Part shown: positions 1-9,249 of the stretch, piece after piece
Layout of the letters: the number at the start of each line of letters is the position of its first letter
How positions within the stretch are numbered: the first letter of the stretch is position 1
Assembly (NCBI GenBank): GCA_030154225.1
Contig: JASKKI010000002.1
Coordinates: 21-64,020 of the forward strand
From: Clostridia bacterium
Lineage (GTDB): Bacteria; Bacillota; Peptococcia; Peptococcales; BICA1-8
Reading direction: 5' to 3'
Length of the DNA: 64,000 bases
Made by a program: the position numbers and the translations under genes
Notes under the pieces: generated by a model
The model's database searches: none
What the model was told of the DNA's origin: nothing
Seen by the model: the letters and a program-made list of their open reading frames with translations, nothing else

Positions 1-690
1 AACAGAAATAGCTTTACCTTTAATGTTAAATAACTGGGAAATCCGTAATTCCGCATCTTTAATTGATAAGTTTCTAAAAAGGTATTTTAAAAAATACTCA
101 AAACCTATATACTTTAATAATTTTAACGGGCTTTTTCTTAATTGAACTAGTTCTTCAGCATAATAAGCACAAGGCTTAATAATCGAGGGTTTAATAAGAA
201 AAATATTCCCACCAGTGAAAACACCTTCTTTTAATCTAACATACGTTCTCTTTACTCCTGGAAATTTAGCCTGGTTTACTGACTTGGAAACTATGGGATA
301 AATTATATCCGCTTCTTCGTTAATACATTCTTCGATAAAGTTGTCGATTATTTGTCCTGTAATTAAAGGTATGTCCGAGGTAACCACTAGAACTCTTGAA
401 TTGAGATCATTTCCAATGAAATCCATAGCATTTAACAAGCTTTGAATAATTGTTTCTTCACTTTCTACAATCTTTAAGTCCTTTATCTTTTTCTGAAATA
501 TTCTTTCTAAACTTAGTTTTGGTCCTACCACAATTATTTTTTCTATTTTTTGCGAAACTAATAATGCTTCTACAACATACTCCACCATAAACTTATTTCC
601 AATTTTTATAAGTGCCTCATTAGGAGCAGAACTACAGTCTTTTAAACGGCCATTATTTGGGCTACCAGCTAATACTATTGCTCTAGTCAA
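1..690 (-). CDS. MobA-like (NTP_transf_3) nucleotidyltransferase family protein; C-terminus lies beyond the window start
   Basis: Hand translation of the minus strand: TTG at 690-688 follows AAAGGGG, and the frame stays open to nt 1 (230 codons, no stop). TRAIVLAGSPNNGRL..ALIKIGNKFMVEYVV..LVVTSDIPLITG resembles MobA-like nucleotidyltransferases. It is missing from the ORF track because it runs off the edge. Confidence 0.6.
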   Translation of the reverse strand, partial: MTRAIVLAGSPNNGRLKDCSSAPNEALIKIGNKFMVEYVVEALLVSQKIEKIIVVGPKLSLERIFQKKIKDLKIVESEETIIQSLLNAMDFIGNDLNSRVLVVTSDIPLITGQIIDNFIEECINEEADIIYPIVSKSVNQAKFPGVKRTYVRLKEGVFTGGNIFLIKPSIIKPCAYYAEELVQLRKSPLKLLKYIGFEYFLKYLFRNLSIKDAELRISQLFNIKGKAISV

Positions 691-711
691 AACAAGGACC
701 CCTTTCTACAA

Positions 712-1413
712 TTACTCTTCTTTATAGTATAACCCTTGTTTCTCTAAAGATAACATCATAGCATGTTCTGCGTTTTCAATATGTTCACGGGCCAACTGTT
801 CGGCAAGTTTTCCGTTTCTTTCAGCCAGAGCTTCAACAATTTTTTTATGTTCCTCTAAAGCCGTTTTACTTCTACCGGGGCGGGCCAATGAAGCTGAACG
901 AAAACGGTGCAACTGTTCCTGTAGATGATTTACAAAGTGTATTAACCGCTCATTACGAGCTGCCTTATATAAAAGATCATGAAAGCTTGTATCTATTTCT
1001 ACAATTGACCTTAGATTATTGGCTTCTGTTTCTTCAGCTTCTTTAACCAACTGTCTTTCCATTTCTTCCAATTCTTCCTCAGTTATTCGTTCCGCAGCCA
1101 GACTAGCCGCTAAAGCTTCCAAAGCTGCCCTGACCTCAAAAACTTCGTGAATATCTTTCATGGAAATACCTGCTACATATGCACCTCTCCTAGGGACCAT
1201 TACTACAAACCCTTCCAGCTCTAATTTTCTTATTGCTTCTCTGACCGGAGTTCTACTAACTCCCATTTCTTCTGCCAGTTGTATTTCCATTAATCTTTCA
1301 CCTGGTCGTAATACCTGATTAATAATAGCATCCCTTAAAGTTTCAAATACAATTTCTCGCAGTGGTTTATATCCATCTAGTTTCACCGGGATCAATCTTC
1401 TGCCTGTGCTCAT
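712..1413 (-). CDS. GntR-family transcriptional regulator (FadR/FCD subfamily)
   Basis: N-terminal winged helix (LRPGERLMEIQLAEEMGVSRTPVREAIRKLELEG) plus a helical FCD-like C-terminal domain. Overlaps the ispE stop by 4 nt. Confidence 0.85.
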   Translation of the reverse strand: MSTGRRLIPVKLDGYKPLREIVFETLRDAIINQVLRPGERLMEIQLAEEMGVSRTPVREAIRKLELEGFVVMVPRRGAYVAGISMKDIHEVFEVRAALEALAASLAAERITEEELEEMERQLVKEAEETEANNLRSIVEIDTSFHDLLYKAARNERLIHFVNHLQEQLHRFRSASLARPGRSKTALEEHKKIVEALAERNGKLAEQLAREHIENAEHAMMLSLEKQGLYYKEE

Positions 1414-2294
1414 AACAATTTCACCCTTTCATTTATTTCTTGTTTACTTAAAGTATGGGCAATATATACTTGATTATAGTACTTTTTTGCTTGCCGGGTA
1501 AAATTTAAAGCCTCTTCCCTGCTTTTAAATAAGGCAAAAACTGTTGGACCACTTCCCGACATCAAAACATGATTTGCTCCTAATAATTGTAAACTCTCCT
1601 TTAATTTCTTAACCTCTGGGTAGAGTTTAAAGGTACTTTGTTCCAGGATATTGTTTAGATTATTAATAACATAATTTACATCTTTGATATTCAAAGCTTT
1701 AATATATTCGGAAATATGGGGGTGTTTGACTATTTCTTTTAAATTAAGGTTTCTATAAACATCTGCTGTTTGCACCCCAAATTCCGGTTTAACCAACACT
1801 ACCCAAAGCAAAGGACATTCACTTATTTCTTTTATTAACTCACCACGCCCCCAGGCCAAAACGGTAGGCCCCGAAATACAAAAGGGTACATCAGATCCCA
1901 ATTGTCCTGAAATAGTAAGCATTTCTTCCATATCCATGTTCAAGGTAAAAAGTTCATTTAGCCCTAAAATTACCGCAGCTGCATTACTACTACCTCCGGC
2001 TAACCCGGCTGCAATAGGTATCTTTTTGTCAATATATATTTCCACACCCGGTATGACCGAATATTTATTAACTAATAACTGCGCAGCCTTATAAGCCAAG
2101 TTTTTTTCGCCATTAGGAACTAAAGGATGATTAGTAACAACCTTAATTCCCTTTCCCGGTTTAATAATAACTTCATCGTGTAAGCTAATGGCCTGCATTA
2201 TCATTTCTACTTCGTGATAACCATCTTCTCTTTTTTTTAATACATCTAAAACCAGATTTATCTTGGCAAAGGCTTTGACAAATATTTGTTGCAT
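1410..2294 (-). CDS. ispE: 4-diphosphocytidyl-2-C-methyl-D-erythritol kinase
   Basis: AKINLVLDV start motif and GHMP kinase loop PIAAGLAGGSSNAAAV. Start moved to ATG 2294 (AAGAGGA RBS) rather than the track start at 2342. Confidence 0.85.
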   Translation of the reverse strand: MQQIFVKAFAKINLVLDVLKKREDGYHEVEMIMQAISLHDEVIIKPGKGIKVVTNHPLVPNGEKNLAYKAAQLLVNKYSVIPGVEIYIDKKIPIAAGLAGGSSNAAAVILGLNELFTLNMDMEEMLTISGQLGSDVPFCISGPTVLAWGRGELIKEISECPLLWVVLVKPEFGVQTADVYRNLNLKEIVKHPHISEYIKALNIKDVNYVINNLNNILEQSTFKLYPEVKKLKESLQLLGANHVLMSGSGPTVFALFKSREEALNFTRQAKKYYNQVYIAHTLSKQEINERVKLL

Positions 2295-2436
2295 ATTAAG
2301 TCCTCTTTCAAATGTTATATAATAGAAATATTTACTTTTCATATATTATATTATAATTTTATAGATTATCACAAATTTTTTTGAGTAAATAATTAATAAG
2401 AACTATCCATAACCCATAACTTTCTACATAAATAAC

Positions 2437-2462
2437 AAACTCGGTGCTAAGACACCGAGTTT
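2437..2462. terminator. Hairpin terminator downstream of the uracil permease gene
   Basis: AAACTCGGTG-CTAAGA-CACCGAGTTT, a 10-bp stem 8 nt past the stop codon at 2470. Confidence 0.5.
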
Positions 2463-2469
2463 AAATAAC

Positions 2470-3777
2470 TTATTTAGATTTTTCCAGAGCTAACTTCATA
2501 CTAGTAGATTTTTTCTCCTTTTCGGCAGCTTCTTCACTTTCCATACCAATAAAACGAGGTACTATAATATTAATTACTGCATTTAGTGTCACGCCAACTA
2601 TAGCAGCTAAACTTAGCCCTGATAAGCTGGCATGTTTAGTTAGAGTAATAACTGCAGGGTTTGCGTCCCCTTTAATAGAAACTATACCAATTATTAAAAT
2701 TGAAAATACCACAATGCTATTGCGTAAATCTGATAAGTCAGGTTTATTTTCAACCAGAGTACGAACACCAATACTAGCAATCATACCAAACAAGACAAAG
2801 CTTACTCCACCCATAACTGCCACTGGAATAGTTTGTATTAAAGCCCCGAACTTACCAATAAAACTTAATAGAATTGCAATTACAGCTGCTCCTCGCAAAA
2901 TGGTCGGATTATAATTTTTAGTTACCGCCAATACTCCCGTATTCTCACCATAGGTTGTATTAGCAGGGGCTCCGATTAAACCTGCAAAAGCAGTAGCTAA
3001 TCCGTCACCCATAAGTGTACGGTGGAGGCCAGGTGATTTAAAAAAGTCCTTTCCAACAACCGCTCCATTTGTTGTAATATCTCCAATATGTTCAATCATT
3101 GTAACAAGGGCAATAGGTACAATCACTTTCATTGCATCCAGAGAAAATTTGGGAAGGATCATCATTTGGGTAAAATCTCTAAAACTATAAATTATTGGAG
3201 CCTTAACTACAGGAGTAAAATCAACAATTCCCATAATTATTGATGCGATATAGCCTATAGCAATTCCTATAATTATCGGAATCATACGTATAAAACCCTT
3301 AGCTAGTATGCCTGTTAAAGCTATAGCAATGATAGTAATAATAGCAATAGTCCAATTGGCAGATGCCATGTCAACTGCAACAGGGGCTAAAATAAGTCCA
3401 ATTACAATGATAATAGGTCCGGTAACAATTGATGGAAATATTTTTTTAACTATGTCTGCACCTATAAAATATACTATGACAGACATTAATAAGTAAACTG
3501 CTCCCACAGCGATGAAAGAACCGGTCGCATAAGAAAGTCCAAAATTTTCTTTAACCGCCAAGATTCCAGCAATAAAGGCAAAGGATGAACCTAAAAACAC
3601 AGGAACTTTACCACCGGTTATAAAGTGAAATAATAGTGTTCCTACCCCTGCCCCTAACAAAGCAATGGAAGGATTTAATCCGGTAATAAATGGTACTAAT
3701 ACTGTAGCGCCAAACATAGCTAAGACATGTTGGAAAGATAAAATACCTGCGGACAAAAAGTTTTGCTGCTTTTGCAT
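2470..3777 (-). CDS. pyrP: Uracil permease (NCS2 uracil/xanthine permease family)
   Basis: 435-aa polytopic membrane protein typical of NCS2 permeases. It sits behind a PyrR-type attenuator. Confidence 0.8.
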   Translation of the reverse strand: MQKQQNFLSAGILSFQHVLAMFGATVLVPFITGLNPSIALLGAGVGTLLFHFITGGKVPVFLGSSFAFIAGILAVKENFGLSYATGSFIAVGAVYLLMSVIVYFIGADIVKKIFPSIVTGPIIIVIGLILAPVAVDMASANWTIAIITIIAIALTGILAKGFIRMIPIIIGIAIGYIASIIMGIVDFTPVVKAPIIYSFRDFTQMMILPKFSLDAMKVIVPIALVTMIEHIGDITTNGAVVGKDFFKSPGLHRTLMGDGLATAFAGLIGAPANTTYGENTGVLAVTKNYNPTILRGAAVIAILLSFIGKFGALIQTIPVAVMGGVSFVLFGMIASIGVRTLVENKPDLSDLRNSIVVFSILIIGIVSIKGDANPAVITLTKHASLSGLSLAAIVGVTLNAVINIIVPRFIGMESEEAAEKEKKSTSMKLALEKSK

Positions 3778-3803
3778 TAAAATCTCCTCCTCTTTTTGAC
3801 CAC

Positions 3804-3925
3804 ATAAAAAACCTCCTTACCGTGAGTAATAGCACAATAAGGAGGTATTATTATTTTTTTAAATACCTACCCTCAGCGCCTTACTGGCCTCACGGGACCA
3901 ATTTAAAGGTAGAAGGCTTTTTATG
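3804..3925 (-). promoter_or_regulatory. PyrR-type transcription attenuator (binding loop, antiterminator, terminator)
   Basis: The minus-strand leader TTTAAATTGGTCCCGTGAGGCCAGTAAGG resembles the PyrR binding loop (..GUCCAGAGAGGCU..AAGG). It is followed by ACCTCCTTA-N18-TAAGGAGGT plus T6. The competing pairing GGTAGGTATT/AATACCTCC could act as an antiterminator. Confidence 0.55.
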
Positions 3926-3942
3926 TGTTTTTTATCATATGA

Positions 3943-3971
3943 ATTATAACTTCTAATTAACAAAAAGTCAA
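3943..3971 (-). promoter_or_regulatory. Sigma-A type promoter of the pyrP leader
   Basis: The minus strand reads TTGACT, 17 nt, TATAAT. Confidence 0.6.
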
Positions 3972-4218
3972 TATAAAACGGGCTATACGTTTCCGTCGAC
4001 ATTCAGGCCGTTTTCTTATGAGCCTTAGATATTTCTGATATAATATTTAAACAAACGAAATGACATACTTCTTGAATAAAGAATACATCTGTAACACAAC
4101 CTGAACTGGTATTTAAGTATGTGGAATGTTTATTTCTTACCCAATTGCCGATTTCTCTGGGGTTAATAACAGCATGGGGATATTCTAAGTGGCTACCTTA
4201 TGCTTTTTACTTAAAGTT

Positions 4219-5397
4219 TTACTGCAGTAAACTTTTAATTGATTGCACAAGTTTTAGACTGGCTGTGTTAATGTTTTCCAGAGTTTTAGTTATAGTATTC
4301 ATAGCTTCTTTCTCTTCTAAAGCAGATACAGCGATTTTATTAATACTTTCTCTATTTGCCAAAAGTTCATCGGTCAATACCTGTAAGGAAGGTCCGATAT
4401 TTCCTACAACATTATATATTTCTTCCATTAGTGTTCGAATCGTATCAACAGATTTTCGGCTTTCTTCTGCTAACTTTCGAACTTCTTGAGCAACTACCGC
4501 GAAACCCCGCCCCTGTTCTCCTGCCCGGGCAGCCTCTATAGCGGCATTTAAAGCTAATAAATTTGTTTGTCCGGAAATATGCTTGATAGTTTCAACAAAA
4601 GAATTAATCTTAGCAGTGGCTTCTCTAAGGGCATGGGAAGATGTTAAAATTTCATTAACCTTTTCCGCTTCAGCATCCATTTTAGTACTAATACTTATTA
4701 TAGTCCCGGAAGTAATTTCAATAGAAGCAGAAACTTGTTGGGTTATAGCTACAATACTACTTATTTCTTCATTTAAATTATTACATACATTAGAAACCTG
4801 ACGGGAAATTTTTCGATAATTATATAAAGTGATGTATTCCATTATTTCTTTTGTAGAATCAAAAGTAGGGACACGGTAGGCTGGAATTATTACAACATCC
4901 GCTCTTAAATAATTTTTATATTTACTTAGTTCCCCTTTATTACCGACGATAGTATTAGCTCCAGCTATATATTTAGCAGTCTTTAAAGCAGTAACAACTT
5001 CTTCCTTAGATATCTCCGCAAAAGGAATTATATTAAATTTTATATGGTCTATACCCTGCTCTAGGCAATATTCTTTAATCTTGTTACCTTGAGCAAAGTT
5101 ATTATTAAATATGATTACTTCTTCATGAGCAGGTATTCGAGCCATACGAACAAAAAACTTTGAATTTGGAACCAATTCCAGGCTTACTATTTTTTCCCGT
5201 GGAACTTTTTGTGCCGTTTGTTCTATTCTTGTAGGTAAGGCAATATATAAGTCCGCTTCTAATTGGGAAGAAAGTTTATCTATACTAATAGATTTCACAC
5301 TAATATTTTTAGCGAATACTTCATTTACTACTGTTAACAATTCGTCAGCTACCGTTTGACTGCTTCCCACCGTTATAGCTTTAATAACCTCCGACAT
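4219..5397 (-). CDS. Soluble methyl-accepting chemotaxis protein with an uncharacterised N-terminal domain
   Basis: C-terminal MA signalling domain ([37 protein letters not shown]). No hydrophobic segments. Start moved to ATG 5397 (AAGGAG 8 nt upstream). Confidence 0.8.
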   Translation of the reverse strand: MSEVIKAITVGSSQTVADELLTVVNEVFAKNISVKSISIDKLSSQLEADLYIALPTRIEQTAQKVPREKIVSLELVPNSKFFVRMARIPAHEEVIIFNNNFAQGNKIKEYCLEQGIDHIKFNIIPFAEISKEEVVTALKTAKYIAGANTIVGNKGELSKYKNYLRADVVIIPAYRVPTFDSTKEIMEYITLYNYRKISRQVSNVCNNLNEEISSIVAITQQVSASIEITSGTIISISTKMDAEAEKVNEILTSSHALREATAKINSFVETIKHISGQTNLLALNAAIEAARAGEQGRGFAVVAQEVRKLAEESRKSVDTIRTLMEEIYNVVGNIGPSLQVLTDELLANRESINKIAVSALEEKEAMNTITKTLENINTASLKLVQSIKSLLQ

Positions 5398-5522
5398 TCC
5401 CGCCACTCCTTTTTATTTCTTGGTTTGTGAAATTTTTATCTTGATTTATATTTCGACTTTTTCTAAAAAATACCTGCAAAAATTAACAAAATTACTTGAT
5501 GGGCGGCTTGGGTTTAACATAT

Positions 5523-5546
5523 AAAAAAGGTACCCGAATGGTACCT
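5523..5546 (-). terminator. Rho-independent terminator of the amino-acid ABC operon
   Basis: Minus strand: AGGTACC-ATTCG-GGTACCT followed by T6. Confidence 0.7.
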
Positions 5547-5557
5547 ACTGGAATAAT

Positions 5558-6310
5558 TTATAATATCTTAGAGAGAAATTCTCTGGTTCGCGGGTGTTTT
5601 GGATTTGTGAAAATTTGAGAAGGAATCCCTTCTTCCATTATTTTACCCTCATCCATAAAAATAACCCTATCAGCCACTTCCTTAGCAAAACCCATCTCAT
5701 GGGTAACAACTACCATGGTCATACCTTCTTTGGCCAGATCTTTCATTACCGCCAGTACTTCACCAACTAACTCCGGATCTAAAGCAGAAGTAGGTTCATC
5801 AAAAAGCATAATTTTAGGTTCCATGGCTAGAGCTCTGGCAATAGCCACCCTCTGCTGCTGACCACCAGAGAGATGAGCCGGATAAGAGTTGGCTTTATCA
5901 GATAAACCTACCTTTTCTAATAATTTTAAAGCCCGTTCAGCAGCTTCTTGTTTGCTAATTTTCCTAACCAATACCGGAGCTTCGATAAGATTTTCTAAAA
6001 CAGTCATATGGGGAAAAAGGTTGAATCTCTGAAACACCATGCCAATATCGGCTCGCATTTTATATACTTCCCGGGCAGGAGCCTCAAGCAATCTACCATT
6101 GATTTCTCTTAGCCCTATAAGCTTGCCATCAATATAAATTCGGCCACAATTAATTTTTTCCAAATAATTCATACATCTTAATAAAGTACTTTTTCCAGAA
6201 CCACTAGGACCAATGACCACAACTACTTCACCCGGGGCAACTGTCAGATTTACACCTTTTAGTACTTCCAGAGTGCCAAAACTTTTATTGACATTTTCTA
6301 CTTTAATCAT
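5558..6310 (-). CDS. Polar amino-acid ABC transporter, ATP-binding protein
   Basis: Walker [10 protein letters not shown], signature [15 protein letters not shown], Walker [12 protein letters not shown]; GlnQ/HisP-like. Confidence 0.9.
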   Translation of the reverse strand: MIKVENVNKSFGTLEVLKGVNLTVAPGEVVVVIGPSGSGKSTLLRCMNYLEKINCGRIYIDGKLIGLREINGRLLEAPAREVYKMRADIGMVFQRFNLFPHMTVLENLIEAPVLVRKISKQEAAERALKLLEKVGLSDKANSYPAHLSGGQQQRVAIARALAMEPKIMLFDEPTSALDPELVGEVLAVMKDLAKEGMTMVVVTHEMGFAKEVADRVIFMDEGKIMEEGIPSQIFTNPKHPRTREFLSKIL

Positions 6311-6325
6311 TTGCTACGCCCCTTA

Positions 6326-7003
6326 TTATTCAGATTGTGCCAGTTTATTTTCCAATTTTCCAAAGATTACGGTAAAAAAGGTGGTTAACATCAAGTAAAT
6401 TAATCCTGCTGTAATGAACATTTCGAATGGTTTAAAATGAGATGCGGCATATATTTGTGCCGTTCTCAAAAGCTCAACCATTGTAATAGTCGATACTAAA
6501 GCAGTATCCTTTAAAAGGGTAATAAACTCATTGCCCATAGGTGGAATTAAACGCCTATATGTCTGGGGGATAATAATCTTGCGCATTGCTTGGGAATAGC
6601 TCATTCCCAATGAAAGAGCCGCTTCCATTTGGCCTTTATCAACAGACTGAATACCGGCCCTGATGATTTCAGCAATATAAGCTCCACCACATAAACTAAT
6701 ACCTATTACGGCTGAAACAAAGGGCTCAAAATTAATTCCTGTAGCTACTGGTAGGGCATAATGAATAATAAATAATTGTACTAAAAGGGGTATACCCCGG
6801 AAAACCCATGTATAGAGTCCGCCGAGGTAGTTTAATACAGGATTTTTTATTATTTTTAAAAAGGCAATTATTAATCCTACGATAGTTCCGAATGTTATAG
6901 CAAAAGCTGTCAAGGTGACAGTCATGCCTGCACCTTTTATCAGTAGGGGTAGCATTTTGATGGTAAATGCCCAGTCCCAAACAATGCCAAAACTAGTTAT
7001 CAC
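6326..7003 (-). CDS. Polar amino-acid ABC transporter, permease
   Basis: HisM/GlnP-type permease with EAA-like loop (EAALSLGMSYSQAMRKIIIPQ). Confidence 0.85.
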   Translation of the reverse strand: MITSFGIVWDWAFTIKMLPLLIKGAGMTVTLTAFAITFGTIVGLIIAFLKIIKNPVLNYLGGLYTWVFRGIPLLVQLFIIHYALPVATGINFEPFVSAVIGISLCGGAYIAEIIRAGIQSVDKGQMEAALSLGMSYSQAMRKIIIPQTYRRLIPPMGNEFITLLKDTALVSTITMVELLRTAQIYAASHFKPFEMFITAGLIYLMLTTFFTVIFGKLENKLAQSE

Positions 7004-7035
7004 GTCTAATCTCCCCCTAAAAATTCTAGCAAATA

Positions 7036-7902
7036 TTATTTTCTAAGTCCTTCTGTAATATCATAACCTGTCCATTTTTTGGATATTTTTGTTAAAGTTC
7101 CATCTTCTAACATTGATTGAATAGCTTCATCTAATTTTGCTTTTAATTCCTTATCTTCCTTGCGAACAGCTATACCAATGGTAGCACCTTTATCTGCTCC
7201 AACATCTTTACCTACTTTTTTGTATTTACCGGTTTTAATCCATTCATTAGCCGTAAATCCATCAATAACAACTGCTTCTATTCGACCATTGTCCAAATCA
7301 ATAAAAGCCTGTGGAAACTTGTCATAAAGTTTCATATTTTTATCAGTAAACCCAGCTTCCCGGCATTCTTTTTCCCCGGTACTACCTAGTTGAGTACCAA
7401 TGACCTTATCTTTTAAATCTTCCAATGTTTCTATTTTATCATTATTTTCTGTTTTAACCAAGATCACTTGAGCTGCAATACCATAAGGTCCTGCAAAATT
7501 AACAACCTCTTGCCTTTCAGGCCACATATTCATTCCTGAAATAATTACATCAAATTTTTTAGATAACAATGAGGCCACTACAGTACTCCATTCTGTAGGC
7601 TGCCATACTATTTCCACACCAATACGTTTACTGATCTCTTTAGCCATATCAATATCAAAACCAACCAGTTCACCTTTATCATTTCTAAAGCCCATGGGTG
7701 GATAAGCATCATCTAAACCAGCTACTATTTTACCTGCCTTTTTAACTCTTTCCCAGGAGCCATCTCCTTCTTTCTTTTCTTCCTGTTTTGGTTCTTCTTT
7801 GGGCAGTTCTTTTTTTCCTTCTTCTTTTTTAGCACATCCGGTTATAACCAGTGCTAGTCCTAATAGTAACACTAAAATCCATAAAATACTTTTCTTTTTC
7901 AT
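7036..7902 (-). CDS. Amino-acid ABC transporter substrate-binding lipoprotein
   Basis: Signal peptide plus lipobox (LVITGC), a K/E-rich linker and an SBP_bac_3-like body. Start moved to ATG 7902. Confidence 0.8.
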   Translation of the reverse strand: MKKKSILWILVLLLGLALVITGCAKKEEGKKELPKEEPKQEEKKEGDGSWERVKKAGKIVAGLDDAYPPMGFRNDKGELVGFDIDMAKEISKRIGVEIVWQPTEWSTVVASLLSKKFDVIISGMNMWPERQEVVNFAGPYGIAAQVILVKTENNDKIETLEDLKDKVIGTQLGSTGEKECREAGFTDKNMKLYDKFPQAFIDLDNGRIEAVVIDGFTANEWIKTGKYKKVGKDVGADKGATIGIAVRKEDKELKAKLDEAIQSMLEDGTLTKISKKWTGYDITEGLRK

Positions 7903-8060
7903 CCTTTTTAACCCCCACATGTTATGTTTTTTATTATGTCATTATTTTAACTTGTTAAAGTATTATAGTCAATATTTTTTAAAAAGAAATAAATTATTTA
8001 CTTTTCTAACCAGAATAAAAATTCTTATTTCCAAACACACTAACTATAGGAGGTGCTTTT

Positions 8061-8225
8061 ATGGAAACCAATAAAAATTGGCGAAATAAAAGTAGTTTAA
8101 GGGAAAAATACGGGTTAATAAATTTACTGGGTAAAACTCCTTTGGAAGTTGCCGACCCTATTGCCTATAATCATTACTTTCCTAAAAATTCATCCTCCGA
8201 TAAAAGTCCCGAGCAAAAAGAATAG
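8061..8225 (+). CDS. Small hypothetical protein (54 aa)
   Basis: AGGAGG RBS 6 nt before ATG 8061. Sequence is METNKNWRNKSSLREKYGLINLLGKTPLEVADPIAYNHYFPKNSSSDKSPEQKE. The stop lies inside hairpin AGTCCCGAGC-N10-GCTCGGGACT. Below the size cut-off of the ORF track. Confidence 0.45.
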   Translation: METNKNWRNKSSLREKYGLINLLGKTPLEVADPIAYNHYFPKNSSSDKSPEQKE

Positions 8226-8271
8226 CTCGGGACTTTACATAATAACTAAAAATATGTTATATTTTAGTTGC

Positions 8272-8295
8272 ATATTTAGATGATTATCTAAATAT
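8272..8295. promoter_or_regulatory. Palindromic operator candidate overlapping the arsR/sdpR promoter
   Basis: ATATTTAGA-N6-TCTAAATAT inverted repeat about 20 nt upstream of the RBS of the ArsR-family gene. Confidence 0.4.
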
Positions 8296-8316
8296 CTAAA
8301 AAGGGGAGATGAACTT

Positions 8317-8604
8317 TTGCCACACCAAAATAATGTTTTTAAAGCTTTATCTGACGTAAATCGCAGGAAAATCTTACAGTTATTAAAAGAAAGAGACATG
8401 ACTGCTGGAGAAATTGCTGATTATTTTGACATATCAAAACCTAGTATCAGTCATCATCTCAATTTACTAAAACAAGCCCAGTTAGTTTTAGATGAAAGAC
8501 AAGGACAAAATATTTATTATTCATTGAATACTACTGTATTTCAGGAGTTATTAAGTTTTTTTTTAAACCTAATTGATAAAGAGGAGGCTAAATCTAATGA
8601 ATGA
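8317..8604 (+). CDS. ArsR-family transcriptional repressor (SdpR-like)
   Basis: HTH_20 motif (RRKILQLLKERDMTAGEIADYFDISKPSISHHLNLLKQA). TTG start after AAGGGGAG. Overlaps the downstream SdpI-like gene. Confidence 0.85.
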   Translation: MPHQNNVFKALSDVNRRKILQLLKERDMTAGEIADYFDISKPSISHHLNLLKQAQLVLDERQGQNIYYSLNTTVFQELLSFFLNLIDKEEAKSNE

Positions 8605-9247
8605 CTTTTTAAAAAGAGAATGGCCATTTTTAATATTTCTTGTCATTCCATTAATAATAGCCTTTTTAGTATATCCCTATATGCCTGAACAAGTTCCTAC
8701 CCATTGGAATACAAATGGTGAGATTGATAGATACAGCTCTAAAGAATTTGGCACTTTCTTTTTACCACTATTGAATATTGGTTTATACATATTATTTATC
8801 CTTTTACCCCAGTTAGATCCCAAACGGGCTAATTATCAAAAATTTGCTAGTTCATATATTTTTCTGCGATACACAATTCATATTTTTTTCATTTTATTAT
8901 TTGCCTTAATTATTTTAACTTCATTGGGCTATTCCATAGATATAGGATTATGGATTTCTTTAGGTGTTGCAATTTTATTTATCCTTTTAGGGAATATTAT
9001 GAGTAGAGTTCGGCATAACTACTTTGTGGGCTTTAAATTCCCATGGACGTTAGCTAACGAGGATGTTTGGCGAAAAACCCACATGCTAGGTTCTAAACTT
9101 ATGGTTGTTGGTGGAGTCTTTGCTTTAATAGGTATCTTTTTTACTGAAAATAACATGAGATTTATTATTTTAATGACCGGTATTTTTTTGCCAATGGTTG
9201 TTACGTTAATATACTCCTATTTAATTTTTAAAAAATTAAATAATTAA
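8597..9247 (+). CDS. SdpI/YhfL-family membrane protein (DUF1648 + SdpI immunity-like)
   Basis: Motifs PTHWNTNGEIDRY and FKFPWTLANEDVWRKTH, four to five TM segments. Start at ATG 8597 after AGGAGG. Confidence 0.75.
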   Translation: MNDFLKREWPFLIFLVIPLIIAFLVYPYMPEQVPTHWNTNGEIDRYSSKEFGTFFLPLLNIGLYILFILLPQLDPKRANYQKFASSYIFLRYTIHIFFILLFALIILTSLGYSIDIGLWISLGVAILFILLGNIMSRVRHNYFVGFKFPWTLANEDVWRKTHMLGSKLMVVGGVFALIGIFFTENNMRFIILMTGIFLPMVVTLIYSYLIFKKLNN

Positions 9248-9249
9248 AT

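Noticed and set aside
7799-8074. 91-aa plus-strand ORF spanning the SBP gene start and the intergenic region.
   Set aside because: Most of it is antisense to the lipoprotein gene. The RBS-preceded ATG at 8061 is in a different frame and gives the better small ORF.
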